Source of the DNA: Macrostomum lignano
Lineage: Eukaryota
NCBI GenBank assembly: GCA_002269645.1
Contig: NIVC01000105.1
Span: 411,992 to 475,991, forward strand
DNA length: 64,000 bases
Direction of reading: 5' to 3'
The notes under the pieces were generated by a model. The model was given only the letters and a program-made list of their open reading frames with translations, did no database searches and had not been told where the DNA came from. This document shows positions 46,561 through 59,729 of this stretch, piece after piece (within the stretch, counting starts at the first letter, position 1; each line of letters starts with the position of its first letter). Position numbers and translations under genes: made by a program.

Positions 46561-47524
46561 GTTCGTTATTTAACTGAATTGTTATGCGTTGCAATATTCG
46601 TGTATGATTTTTTTCGGCTCTATTGCAGTCTCGTGCAAGTGCATGCACAGTTTTGAGTCTCCTATTCAGGCACAATCCCTTTACTGGCCGTTCCCTTTCA
46701 TCGTCTACCCACATGTACCTAACCACCTACTACCTACCTACCTACTCATTGTACAATCCTGCTTACTCGTATCTGACACATGCTCCAGTGTTTGCATCTT
46801 TTCCTACTTGGAAATTGTCCCTTATAAGTCATGTAATTAGACTATTCCGGCTTCATTGGGAACAAGCTTACTTCCTACAAGCAATTTTTACAGTTTTGTT
46901 GAAAACTTCCTCAGTATAAACGAATTATTAAAACTACAGGTATGACATATGACGTATGACATCTAAGCTAAAAATTCTCATTTTTGCGTCATCTACTATT
47001 TGCAACATTCTTAGACACTGACCCGAAATCGGGCCATTCCCGTCGGGAACGGGTGTGCTGAGATGATGATTGATTTGCCATAGACTTTTACAAACGCACA
47101 GCCGTTCGCTTCGGTGCTGGTGGGATGACCCGAAATCGGGCCATCCGCCCGCTCATGGTTAAATAACTATACTAAACAAATTTGTTAAAAAAGTTAATCG
47201 ACTGCGGCTTTTTGATTCATCTCTAATTTGAACAGTTTACAGTGTTGCTCGTTGCTAATCGCGATTAAAAGTGAACGGTGAACATACTTTTCTGACAACA
47301 AGAATTTCTAATCACGAAAACGAAGAAAAAAGGAATATAATATGTACGGTTATTGTATTAATAAATATTTCGTAATAATTGGTAAGTTCGCAATTATTAG
47401 TAGTTATATCGCGACCAAAGTACGCCTGAGGCAATACTTAAGGGACAAAAAAGAACAAAGAAACTTCATGGACTAATATTTGCTTATCGTTAAATAGGCA
47501 AACAAGACTATTATAATAACAGCA

Positions 47525-49215
47525 TCATTCAACGTCAGATACACGTACTTCTTCAGGGAGCTGCTTTTCTGAGCCTTGAATATCTTTGCGTTGTCCTTGC
47601 GGATCACCCAACTGCTGAGCGCTCGATACTTTGGTCTTCTTCCTGCCAAAGGAGGCGATGTCGAAGATGAGCTCGAACAGCTCGCACAGGGTGAGCAGAG
47701 ACATTCCCAGGTAGATGCCCATGATGCCGCCGACGTCCGAGATGAAGTCTGCAAACCGTAGTCGATCGAGAAGTTCATCCGATCGCACAGAACTCGATGC
47801 GGCTTGAAGTGCACTTTGAGCATGTTGCTGCGGATGTATGAGGACACGATCGACTCGTTTCCGTTCACGACGAGGTCGAGAGCCGGAACACTCAGATTCT
47901 TAGACTTGGCCCTCATCCAAACAGGTTCGATGGAGCTGCTGACGAACGGCATCATTGAGCTCTGAGTGGGCCAGTCGGAACTGGAGATGGTCGCGCTGTA
48001 CTGCAGTGTGCTGCAAAGTCGCTTAGCTTTACATGCTTCTTTCGATATTCCGTCGAACTGAGTGGTGAGAGGTTCCAGAGATGGGTCGCTAAAAAATACC
48101 AAGAAGTTTGGATCACCTGTAAGGTTAAGTGCGAACTTCTTTCCACGCAGAGGCCACGGAAGAGGACCGGCATCGCTTGACAGATTGACGAGCTGCTGCA
48201 TCTGTCGGTGGAACTCGTAGTAGAAGCAGTACGAGTAGCTGTACGAGTGCTTGTATGGAGTCTCGTCGTACGGGTTCACGAACTGAACGTCCGGCGGGTC
48301 GCTCAGACAGTCGAACTGACCAGCCTTGTACACCTGCTGCGTCATGTCGATCTCGACGGTGTGGGACTTTCCGGGTCCAAGCGAGAACGAGCTCACGAAA
48401 TCGGACGGATACTCACCTGGAGGCGTGAGGAACACTTTCACACCTGCTTGTCTGTCGGGTCCGTTGTAGTCGGCGACATCGAGCGACCAGTCGGACACAG
48501 GAATGAGAGTTCGTCCTGCGTACACCATCTTGCGGATCGAGTGTCCGCTCGATGCGAGTCCTTGGAACGCCGAGTCCGTAACCAGGGTGACCACAATGCC
48601 GGATGATGAGCCGGTCTGTTCAATCTGTTGTTGCCACGTGCTGTTCAGAGTCCACTTGAGACAGCGCAAGTACATCGGATGGTAGAAGGTCTGCGCTTCG
48701 ATGGGCGCATACTGGGCCATTCCAAATAGCTTAAACTTGAAGTCACTCGTGATGATGCTCTGTTCGTTTCGGTGAGCCAGAGCATCAATCAACAGCTGAT
48801 ATGATATTGACTGAGGATAAGCACGGGATAGCCTCATTTCTTGGGGTGTAGTTTCTGTTAATCCGTTTATTTGCAATCCCCGCCGTAGGACGGTTTGAGA
48901 GCTATTGAGCTGATCGTTGATTGCAGCAGCCGATGCCTCATCAATAGTAGCAGAGTAGCTGCCAGAGATCGGGTTCTCGAAACAGGCGTACACATCCGGG
49001 AACTGGAAGTTGAGACTGTTTCCATCAAGCGAGCTGGTGACCTGCCGAGACTGCAGCTTGACAACGAATTGGTAGAATCCGTAAAAGAAGAGTCCCGACA
49101 TCAGCAGCATCAGGATGAGCCAGAAAGCTCGCACAACCAACGGTTTGCTGCTCACTACTCTGGGCAGTCCGTGCGCTGAGGTGGAAGACATGGCTTCCTT
49201 GATCGGCTGCAGCAT
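47525..49215 (-). CDS. DEG/ENaC (amiloride-sensitive channel family) subunit, copy 1, with a 1-bp deletion at ~47749
   Basis: Pre-TM1 STSAHG, TM1, FPDVYAC and TM2 DFISDVGGIMGIYLGMSLLTLCELFE. The sequence reads gaagtctgc where paralogs read gaagtcctgc. Restoring the base gives a stop at 47525. Confidence 0.9.
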
Positions 49216-50027
49216 AAATGTTTCTGGTTGCAGTTTCTGGGTTCCAGATTTAGTCTCGCATTTACTGCTCGTAGAGAAGTTTTAGGTCGACAAACTTATC
49301 AGCATGTATTTATACAACGATACTGTACTGCATTTCTAGGATAGCAAGTCTGAGTGGCGATTCCCATTATTACGAGCGAAGATTTCTGAATCGCTTCTAG
49401 ACTTGCTTTTCCACAATGGACTGTCAAGGGCCTTTATGTATTGGCCAGGTCTGGATGCGTTTTCATTTTGGTTAATTGATTAATTAATGTGGTCCCCTTG
49501 TCGAGTATCTATGCCATTGTTAGCAGCTTGATTGTGCCCAGTCCGAAAGCAGTAGACTGCTTGAGTGGTTATAGGTACTTTGGATATTTTTGGCACAAAA
49601 TACACCCTAGTTTCCATTCCATTTCGATGCCCTACAAATATAGTACTTTTCACTGGATTGCTGTCCACTGAGAGAAATAACTCAGCAAACATGGTATTGT
49701 GCTTCAGACCCACTTTATATAATTAGTATTTGTGACCGCTCCGCCAACCGTCAATTATCAAATAAAGAGAGCAAAAATTATTCCAGAGAGACATATCTGG
49801 TATTTCTACACACAAATCTATATTCTTGTATATATATGAAGGCTAAGACTAATCTTATCTCGTACTTGTCTACCAATAGAGAACAATTGTCAGATGCAGG
49901 TAGCCACTGGGAAAATAATTGGCTATTGTCAACGCTAAACATTCGCACTCACATGTACGTGAACAGTAAAATTTACTCAAGAGTCAAAGCTTTATTGCAC
50001 AATGGATACGTTGCTGCTGATGTTTAA

Positions 50028-51752
50028 TTATTCGGGAAGATCTCTTGACGATTGATGATTAGTCAATGCTGCCACACCAATCTTGTTTGTTACTCCACTT
50101 GTGTTCGAAGGTCTCCATTTTTTTAAGCTGACTGAGACGATGTCGAAGATAAGCTCGAACAGCTCGCACAGGGTGAGCAGAGACATTCCCAGGTAGATGC
50201 CCATGATGCCGCCGACGTCCGAGATGAAGTCCTGCAAACCGTAGTCGATCGAGAAGTTCATGCGATCGCACAGAACTCGATGCGGCTTGAAGTGCACTTT
50301 GAGCATGTTGCTGCGGATGTATGATGACACGATCGACTCGTTTCCGTTCACGACGAGGTCGAGAGCCGGAACACTCAGATTCTTAGAGTTGGCCCTCATC
50401 CAAACAGGTTCGATGGAGCTGCTGACGAACGGCATCATTGAGCTCTGAGTGGGCCAGTCGGAACTGGAGATGGTCGCGCTGTACTGCAGTGTGCTGCAAG
50501 GCTTCTTGGTTTTACATTTAGCGTTTGTTACTTTAGCAAACTGCTCCATGTTATAATTTGCTTTGTAAAATATCAAAAAGTTTGGCTCGTCAGTAAAATT
50601 CGTGACGAACTTTTTTCCACGCAGCGGCCACGGAAGTGGTCCGACAGCGTTTGACAGATTGACGAGCTGCTGCATCTGTCGGTGGAACTCGTAGTAGAAG
50701 CAGTACGAGTAGCTGTACGAGTGCTTGTACGGAGTCTCGTCGTACGGGTTCACGAACTGAACATCAGGCGGGTCGCTCAGACAGTCGAACTGACCAGCCT
50801 TGTACACCTGCTGCGTCATGTCGATCTCGACGGTGTGGGACTTTCCGGGTCCCAGCGAGAACGAGCTCACGAAGTCGGACGGATACTCACCTGGAGGCGT
50901 GAGGAACACTTTCACACCTGCCTGTCTGTCGGGTCCGTTGTAGTCGGCGACATTGAGCGACCAGTCGGACACAGGAATGGGAGTTCGTCTTGCGTACACC
51001 ATCTTGCGGATCGAGTGTCCGCTCGATGCGAGTCCTTGGAACGCCGAGTCCGTAACTAGGGTGACCACAATGCCGGATGATGAGCCGGTCTGTACGATCC
51101 TTTGTTGCCACGTGCTGTTCAGAGTCCACTTGAGACAGCGCAAGTACATCGGGTGGTAGAAGGTCTGCGCTTCAGCGTCCTCGAAGTCAAGCATTCCGTA
51201 GTTGCTATTGAACTTTATGTCGCTTGAAATGACTGCCTGTTCGTGTCGGTGGGCCAGCGCGTCGATTAAAAGTTTGTAAGATATCGACTGTGGAAAGACA
51301 CTTGTAAAGTATTTTTTAAAATGTTTTGTTTCTCTGTCCAATTTTTTTAACTCGCGCGTTAGGGCAAAGTCGAAGCTGTTGAGCTGATGATTGATTGCAG
51401 CAGCCGATGCCTCATCCACAGTCGCAGAGTAGCTGCCAGAGATCGGGTTCTCGAAACAGGCGTACACATCCGGGAACTGGAAGTTGAGGCCATTTCCTTC
51501 AAGCGTGCTCGTTACCTGCCGAGACTGCAGCTTGACAGCGAATTGGTAGAATCCGTAAAGGAAGAGGCTCGACATCAGCAGCATCAGGGTGAGCCAGAAA
51601 GCTCGCACAGCCAGAGGTTTGCTGCTGACAATTCTCGAGAACCCATGGGCCGAAGTTGAGGCCATGGCCATCTTCAACTGTTGTTTCATTTTGATTTGAG
51701 AATAACTCGTACAGTTTTTTTGCAATATGAGCTTGAGTTCCTTTCGGTTCAT
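50028..51752 (-). CDS. DEG/ENaC subunit, copy 2, intact intronless ORF of 574 aa (aligned start may be 51689)
   Basis: STSAHGFSRI, TM1, FPDVYACFENP, GVKVFLTPPGEYP, FISDVGGIMGIYLGMSLLTLCELFELIFD. Confidence 0.94.
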   Translation of the reverse strand: MNRKELKLILQKNCTSYSQIKMKQQLKMAMASTSAHGFSRIVSSKPLAVRAFWLTLMLLMSSLFLYGFYQFAVKLQSRQVTSTLEGNGLNFQFPDVYACFENPISGSYSATVDEASAAAINHQLNSFDFALTRELKKLDRETKHFKKYFTSVFPQSISYKLLIDALAHRHEQAVISSDIKFNSNYGMLDFEDAEAQTFYHPMYLRCLKWTLNSTWQQRIVQTGSSSGIVVTLVTDSAFQGLASSGHSIRKMVYARRTPIPVSDWSLNVADYNGPDRQAGVKVFLTPPGEYPSDFVSSFSLGPGKSHTVEIDMTQQVYKAGQFDCLSDPPDVQFVNPYDETPYKHSYSYSYCFYYEFHRQMQQLVNLSNAVGPLPWPLRGKKFVTNFTDEPNFLIFYKANYNMEQFAKVTNAKCKTKKPCSTLQYSATISSSDWPTQSSMMPFVSSSIEPVWMRANSKNLSVPALDLVVNGNESIVSSYIRSNMLKVHFKPHRVLCDRMNFSIDYGLQDFISDVGGIMGIYLGMSLLTLCELFELIFDIVSVSLKKWRPSNTSGVTNKIGVAALTNHQSSRDLPE

Positions 51753-54700
51753 TTGTCGCTTTTAAATCGTCTCGCAACAGTATAGTGGGTGGTGTGCTGT
51801 TTGACGAACTAATGGCGTTTTGTTTGGCTATTTTTTGAGTGGGAAGTACACTGCTATCGCTTAAATAGTGCAACTGATCTATAAAGCGCTGGAAAAGACT
51901 TCTGAAATTGTATCTTGGGAAAATACGAGAATTATTTAAAATGACTATGGGGGCTTTGGCTATGGAAAAATTTAAAGGTAAGAATTAATCATTACAGCAC
52001 ATCAGTGACAGTGTTAAAGCTTTTATCAAGTTTCAGCTGCACGCTGATATGTCAATATTTGGTGAGCTTTTCGATTTAACGTATTATTGCTTTTCCGTTT
52101 GCTTGGCCAGCCGCTCTTAGCAAACTGTAGCTAATTGCTGCTGCCAAAAGTGACTTGTTATTTGAGTGTAAATTCCTGCATTGCTATCTATTAAAAGCTT
52201 CCCTCCATCGGACGCAACCAGCAACCAGGTAAAAAGCTTTTTATTTGACAGGCAGCACACAGCTTAAGCTGATGGAAAATTATTAGATTGGGGGAAACTG
52301 AGGGATGAGACAAGACAGGGGAGAGGGAAGATAAAAGAGGAGAGGAGATTAGAGAAAAAGAGCACGCTTTTTCTATTGTAAAAGCAAACTCAACAACGGA
52401 ATTAATAATCTTTGCGCACTCGTGTCTAGATCGTTGCTGCACTCAAAAGCCGTGCACCATGTCTCCACTGGTGAACGCCCGAAATGTTTGTATAGTCTAA
52501 AGCAGACAGTTTGAAGAGTTAGCAGTCACACCAAACGTGTGACTGTCAACAATTATGAATGAAATTGATCTTGAAATAGATGGGCGCTTCGAAGTTTTGG
52601 CGGGGCGCTAAAAATCAATGACTATACTCACCGACTCTATAGGACCGCCGAAACTAAATAGCCAGAAGTAATAAAATACGACTTGTAAACTCACTACGGT
52701 CAACTTTACTAAACAATCGAAGATTGTGCCTGGTTTTGTTTGGGCCACAAACGATTGCGTCGACGGAAATTGTGAACTAAGTAAATTTTTGCGCGCCTTT
52801 CAGGCATCGAAACAGGAATACAACAGATTGCTTATCTGCGAATAGTCTATGGTCAAGCCGCCCTCCATCTTTGGATATTCCCAACGGTTATATTTGGATA
52901 TACCCATTTGCAGATGAGCAATCTGTGTATTCCTGTATCAATGCGTTTGCAATGATATTTTTTATTCGATACAACAAAGCTGAATAAACAGATTACGAAA
53001 ACGGTAACACAGCCTGCAGCACAGCAGTATCCATTGCGGATACGTCAGCCGAAGAAATATCTTTAGACGTTACACTCACATCGGCCGAATTGCATGGTTT
53101 GTTCCGCATGGGATCCTCGGGGTAAGCCTCTTCTTCGCTTGGCAGTGGTGGCAGAGCATCATCGTTACCGCATTCAATGAATCGGATGAACTCCATCAAC
53201 TCTTAGTCATCCGCCTCGTCACGTCCACCCATACTCAAGTCGCTGAGAAAGTTGACCTCATTTCCATTCAAGCCGTCAATGCTTTCAATCGGCAAATTCG
53301 ACCAATTTATCATTCGTATGAGTGGCATGAATAGAGGTTAGGGCAAACAGGAGAAACAGGAACATGTATCCTCTGCTGCAGAGTTCCAGCTTATAAGACC
53401 ACAACTTCATTTAACATGTTTCGTCTATGGTAATTTCAGACTGTTCCGCTTAACTTTTCGTTCCAGACGTTTATTCTATGGCCATCATTTGGCTTGCACC
53501 AAGTGGAAAATGCCTATGACACAAATCCCTAGAATCGCTTAGTGAACAATTCCCGTCTGGGAAGTTGTGTCCTAGCCGTTTTGAATTGGTTTTTTGGACG
53601 AAAATAGACACAATTCCACTATCGAGAGGTCACGCTTCACACACAACTGCCATAGCGTCGAGGCCGGTAGGTCTCCTCCTTGTCCTCGTGTTTTCTATGT
53701 AAGAAAGGTCAAATATAGCGTATAATCTTTGCCTGGTTCTGGCCATAGACATTGTGCAGCATTTGCAACAATTTGGCTTTATTGGTGTACCCCTAAAAAC
53801 CCCATTCAAAATGATAGTCGTACAATGATCTACGAGTTTTTGCAATCAAAAAACTACTCAAGTATCTGCGGTATCTACCGAGTTTAAAAAATATCGAAGT
53901 TAAATTCAATCGTGGTGTTGCTTCCTTTTACAGTAAATAATAGGAAACCCATTTCGGCCACAATAGCATTATTTGCCGGAATTGTTAAATGTAGATTGTG
54001 TTGTGTTTTTAGTTATAGTGAAGTTCACGTAGACTCTCAGGTCTCGCTTAATATGTTTATACTCATGCGCGTTGACAACAGTGTTACGCAGTCAAACGAA
54101 CGATACTCATAATTGAACGCACGATGCATATAAGGTAATTGAACAGCCATGTATACATTCTAGCCCCAAAGTTAGTCAGTTAGTTAAAACACTTGGACCC
54201 GATATGGACAGTTACTACAGATTGTGTATATGGTTGCTAGCCGGCTGGGATCCTTTTGCAGCAACCGCATATGTCATGGTCATAAAATATAAAGGGAACC
54301 ATAACAATCTACGAGATGCCCTTTTCCAGAAGTTATAGCAATACTAAGGTTCAGCCGCTACACTGATTGCTGCAGGAAAAAGGGAAAATACGAGTACATG
54401 CTGACATTGCTCATAATATACGAACGTACACACACCTTTCTCAAACAGATGTCATAGCTGCTCGAAAGCCTGCGGTCCTCCTCTTCCATGGCTTGTCCTT
54501 CTTTAGCAGTTTGATGAGGGGCTCCGCAAGCCTGGAGAGGCTGGGAATGAAGTTGCCAATGTACTTCACGAAACGAGCCACTTCCTTGGCTTCAGTATTT
54601 TTGAATTGGTCAACATATTATTCTTCAATTTCAAAAAATCATCAAAAATTCCAAGAAAGATCTACCTGAAGGCAGCCATCAAAACAAAAATTTATCACGA

Positions 54701-54968
54701 TAAAAATATTAGCAACAACAACAAAAACAAAATGCGCACGCCGTTATTGGGCCGCACTTCTAAAACAGTCAGGTCCCCCAGTCAGAGTCAGAATAGGGGC
54801 TCTCGCATCCCTCAGAAGCAGCTCGGAGTAGGTGATGAGGTCAATCGCTCATCTTTCAGAAGTCAATGGGATCAAATTCTTGCACGCTTAATCCAACAAA
54901 TAAAACGCGTTTATTTACTACTGTTGTAGGATATTTCAACGCCATGTCAGATTAAAAAAATCTTTAAT

Positions 54969-56680
54969 TCAAGGCTCGCTTGAGATGCTGCTGATGCTGA
55001 GGCTCTTTGTAGACTGTTTTGGCGGCGGCGCGTGACTCTTTTTTCTGACTCCCAACTGCTGGATTGAAGAAGCTGCCGGCTTGGAGCTTGACGCTCTTGC
55101 TTTCTTCCTGCCAAAGGAGGCGATGTCGAAGATAAGCTCAAACAGCTCGCACAGGGTGAGCAGAGACATTCCCAGGTAGATGCCCATGATGCCGCCGACG
55201 TCCGAGATGAAGTCCTGCAAACCGTAGTCGATCGAGAAGTTCATCCGATCGCACAGAACTCGATGCGGCTTGAAGTGTACTTTGAGCATGTTGCTGCGGA
55301 TGTATGAGGACACGATCGACTCGTTTCCGTTCACGACGAGGTCGAGAGCCGGAACACTCAGATTCTTAGACTTGGCCTTCATCCAAACAGGCTTGATGGA
55401 GCTGCTGACGAACGGCATCATTGAGCTCTGAGTGGGCCAGTCGGAACTGGAGATGGTCGCGCTGTACTGCAGTGTGCTGCAAAGTCGTTTAGCTTTACAT
55501 GTCTCTTTCGATTTTACGTCGATCTGACTGGTGAGAGGTTCCAGAGATGGGTCGCTAAAAAATACCAAGAAGTTTGGATCACCTGTAAGGTTAAGTGCGA
55601 ACTTCTTTCCACGCAGAGGCCACGGAAGAGGACCGGCATCGCTTGACAGATTGACGAGCTGCTGCATCTGTCGGTGGAACTCGTAGTAGAAGCAGTACGA
55701 GTAGCTGTACGAGTGCTTGTATGGAGTCTCGTCGTACGGGTTCACGAACTGAACGTCCGGCGGGTCGCTCAGACAGTCGAACTGACCAGCCTTGTACACC
55801 TGCTGCGTCATGTCGATCTCGACGGTGTGGGACTTTCCGGGTCCCAGCGAGAAAGAGCTCACGAAATCGGACGGATACTCACCTGAGGCGTGAGGAACAC
55901 TTTCACACCTGCCTGTCTGTCGGGTCCGTTGTAGTCGGCGACATTGAGCGACCAGTCGGACACAGGAATGGGAGTTCGTCTTGCGTACACCATCTTTTGG
56001 ATCGAGTGTCCGCTTGATGCGAGTCCTTGGAACGACGAGTCCGTAACCAGGGTGACCACAATACCGGATGATGAGCCGGTCTGTACGATCTTTTGTTGCC
56101 ACGTGCTGTTCAGAGTCCACCTGAGACAGCGCAAGTACATCGGATGGTAGAAGGTCTGCGCTTTGATGGACACATATTCGGCCATTCCGTAACCTGTTTT
56201 AAACTTGAAGTCACTCGTGATGATGCTCTGTTCGTTTCGGTGAGCCAGAGCATCAATCAACAGCTGATATGATATTGACTGAGGATAGGAACGTGAGAGC
56301 GTCATCTCTTGGGGTGTAGCGTCCATTGATCCGTTTCTTTGAAGTTTTCGCCGTAGGAGTGTTTGAGAGCCAATGAGCTGAGCGTTGATTGCAGCAGCCG
56401 ATGCCTCATCAATAGTAGCAGAGTAGCTGCCAGAGATCGGGTTCTCGAAACAGGCGTACACATCCGGGAACTGGAAGTTGAGACTGTTTCCATCAAGCGA
56501 GCTGGTGACCTGCCGAGACTGCAGCTTGACAACGAATTGGTAGAATCCGTAAAAGAAGAGTCCCGACATCAGCAGCATCAGGATGAGCCAGAAAGCTCGC
56601 ACAATCAGCGGTTTGCTGCTCACTACTCTGGGTAGTCCGTGTACTGATGTTGAAGCCATGGCTTTCTTGACTTGCTGCAT
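54969..56680 (-). CDS. DEG/ENaC subunit, copy 3, with a 1-bp deletion at ~55885
   Basis: ORFs 55859-56680 and 54969-56120 join at TPPGEYP. The sequence reads acctgaggcg where paralogs read acctggaggcg. Confidence 0.9.
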
Positions 56681-57649
56681 GCTTGATTTTTCTCGGTTTT
56701 AATTTTTTGAATGCGAAGCTTCCTCTCTGACCGGGATGACTTGCTATTTTTGTGATGCTTTTTTAACCATTTGGCGATCGCCTCCGTTCTTCGCCCCCCG
56801 GCGGACGGCTCATTGTGCATTGTCTGATCGCATATCTATGTAAAGTACATTGCTCAATGCTCAATATCGGCACCGAACAAATCTTCTAAATAAATATTAT
56901 GGCTCCGCCCATGTGGAGGCTTTGAGCTTTTTCTACATTTTTTAACTTTCTTTTTTCGTCGGAGTCCGCCATTCATTTTCGCCACTGCTCTACCACTCAC
57001 ATGAAAATCAATTCTATTGAACTTGAAAGTGACTGGTCATACGCAGACAAGTCTGCTGAAGTTAAAATATGGGTTGCATTGTAACACTGCAACTATTTAC
57101 TCAGCTAGACGTTGCTCACAAAAAATACGAACGTATTGTACAGCACCTTTTACAAACAGATGCCATTGAAACAGACTTAGTAAAAGGCTTTTTGGTATAG
57201 AGAAAGTGCATTTTGCTGGTTGAAGCCACATAAACGCATTGGAAGCAGGGCAAACGATAGAACCTTAAATCAATACTCTTTTGGAACAAATGGTTTCAAA
57301 AAGATCCCACTGAATTATGGATATGCTATGAAAATTTGCTGTGCTACTGCAAACGCACTGTGTAAAATTAAAATCAACTATTTATCAGAGAGCGAGAGTT
57401 GTGTCCATCAACTTGGGAAGAGAGCCAAAGCGATTTTGGGAGTGTTTGTACAGCTTAGAGATCGCGATTTATGAGTAGCAGCCAAAATTAAATCTTAGCA
57501 AAGTTTTGAAACACTGCATTATAAGTGCAGCACACTAGAGCTCTGAAGAAGAATGCAGCAAGTACTGGATGCCACAGCATCTTCCGAAACAGACCGACTG
57601 TCACGGGTTGGAAGCAAGACGCTGTACGAGCGTATATGCGATTGGAAAC

Positions 57650-57825
57650 AGGTGGTGGAAACAGGTTGAACTTCCAGTTTTCCTGTAAGCTTTTTGTTAT
57701 GAGAACCCGATCTCTGGTAGCTACTCTGCGACTGTGGATGAGGCATCGGCCGCTGCAATCAATGCTCAGCTCAGTGGCTCGCAAGTTGTAATGAGGCGAG
57801 GGCTTTCAATGCTTGGGTACGTCAG
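57650..57825 (+). pseudogene. Inverted DEG/ENaC N-terminal extracellular fragment
   Basis: GNRLNFQF.. then, after a frameshift, CYENPISGSYSATVDEASAAAINAQLSGSQVVMRRGL on the strand opposite to the cluster. Confidence 0.8.
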
Positions 57826-58520
57826 TGTTACGTTTTCTACTTCAACAATTATTACATCCTCAAGGCTATCATCGGACATAAAAGTATAAGTCGAAGAAGC
57901 TTTGTTTAGAGTACCGCGATTCACGGCTTATATTTGCCTCTAGCGAGCGCACGCAGATGATTGTTCTTTGCGGTACTGTAGAATTCGGCTCTTAAGGTAA
58001 TGAAAGGTCCTACCCTAGACAATAGACATGCAGAGAGAACTAAAGTCCGTTTAGTCTTTTGTCTATACACAACATTCCCCCTTTGTCAATATTTTTTCTC
58101 CGGATGTGCACGCTTTAACTATACTGTAGGCTCTCCTCGCACGAGATTCTCCTCGGCTTGGGACGTCTTGGACCCGCCGAGTTGATTCACTCTCTCGCCG
58201 CTCTTTCTCGGTAGTAGTTTGGTCGCTCTGAACTCTCCTAGGATCCTCCAGAATAGTTCAGAGAGTAGTTCAAATGATAGATGACGAGCCTGGACACAGC
58301 GGTTTGTTGTGTCCAGGTAATTCTGCTCTGACGATTTGGTCGACGTGTCGCTTCCAGGCTTGTCCGTTGACCAACAGTGCGGACTATCACCTTGGCAGAA
58401 ATCCACCTATTCTCTCGCTCCTTTCTGAAGTCCAACGTCAGAACTGAGTCTCCTTGGATGCAACCGACGCAGAGTTGAACAATAAAGATTGGAGTCTGGT
58501 GAATGAAGAGGTGTCTTTTC
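57826..58520 (-). mobile_element. 3' remnant of a Gypsy element: integrase C-terminus, PPT and putative 3' LTR (58074-57826)
   Basis: IQGDSVLTLDFRKERENRWISAKVIVRTVGQRT resembles the integrase C-terminal SH3-like segment. PPT AAAGGGGGAA is followed by TGTTG at 58074, with a possible ...TAACA end at 57826. Confidence 0.6.
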
Positions 58521-59729
58521 ATGAGCTGTAGCTCGCATACAAGCTAGACTCGCTTGCTCCCTCGAGCTAAGACTTGGCGCAGTATTTTTTGCAATGTGCC
58601 TTTCTGTTCTGATCTCTGTTTACGTTTTTTATATTTTTCACTGCATTTGTTTTGTATTTTCTTGTTATTTTTATATTATAGATTCAGCAGTTAAGAACGT
58701 GTATCTTTTTTTAACAGTTTACCAGCATCAAAATTTATCAGCACAAAACTTCTTAGTCTATTTTGTCCTGAGAAAGGGCACATAAACTGCATGTGCCGCT
58801 GTCCAATATTGGATAATCTACTGCGATGCATTAGGCTGTAGTATTGAAGTATTGAATTTACATTTAGCAAAACGACATGACGTCATTCGTGATCTACATG
58901 TAAAAATCGCACACAGTGAATCAAACCACGGAGTACATTTGCTCATCATGTAAAGTGAATTAAACGAGAAAGTAAATTCACTTAGGCAAAGTACGAGCGT
59001 AAATTAACCTGCTGAACGCATGGTGCCGGCTAGGTTACGAGCGTAAATAACCTTTCAGCAGTAAATTTGCTCCCTGGAAGATTTTGCAGGAGGATTATTT
59101 GCCGAAATTTACTTCACCAGCGCAGCAGCGGCGTCAGTTAATTTACGTTAATAAACGTTAATAGCGTGACGAAATTTATTATTGTTTGAAAGTTAATTAA
59201 CCATTAAGCTACATGTATTAGTTATAATCGACCCTCAATATTAACCCTCGTTTTCAAGGGGCAATAAAAATTTTGTGCTGAGAAAATAAAGACTTCCTGT
59301 CTACGTAGTGTATTTTTCGGCGAAAAGTGGCCTTCAAAACCTTTTCCGTGAAACGTGATCCTCGCTTCCTGCATATACGCTGCTTGTCCTAGTCTAAGCA
59401 AGGCTTAAGCTGTTCGGTTTAGAGCTAAATAAAAAATTCAAGTTCGAATTTCTGAAAAAGCATTATGAATGACGAGCATTTCTAACTACGACAAAGAGGA
59501 AAAGAGAACAGATTATCATGTGCAGCTATTTTATGTTAATAGAAGTTCGTCATTAACCCTTATTTTGTATCGCCTCAAAAGAACCAGCAAAGCTATACTC
59601 GTACGCCAGGAAAGAAGAGAACTTAAATAATGGACTAATATTTGCATGTTACTCGAGATCTGCATAACAGTACATGTACTATTACAATAATAGCTTCCTT
59701 CAACGGCAGATACTTCCTCAGGGAGGATG

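Noticed and set aside
48410-48425. Perfect donor CAG|GTGAGT inside each DEG/ENaC copy
   Set aside because: It encodes the conserved PPGEYP segment, and copy 2 reads through it as one intact ORF.
52993-53290. Acidic minus-strand reading frame (EFIRFIECGNDDALPPLP...)
   Set aside because: It is short, interrupted by a stop upstream, and has no recognisable motif or splice partners. It may be decayed TE coding sequence, but I cannot support a call.
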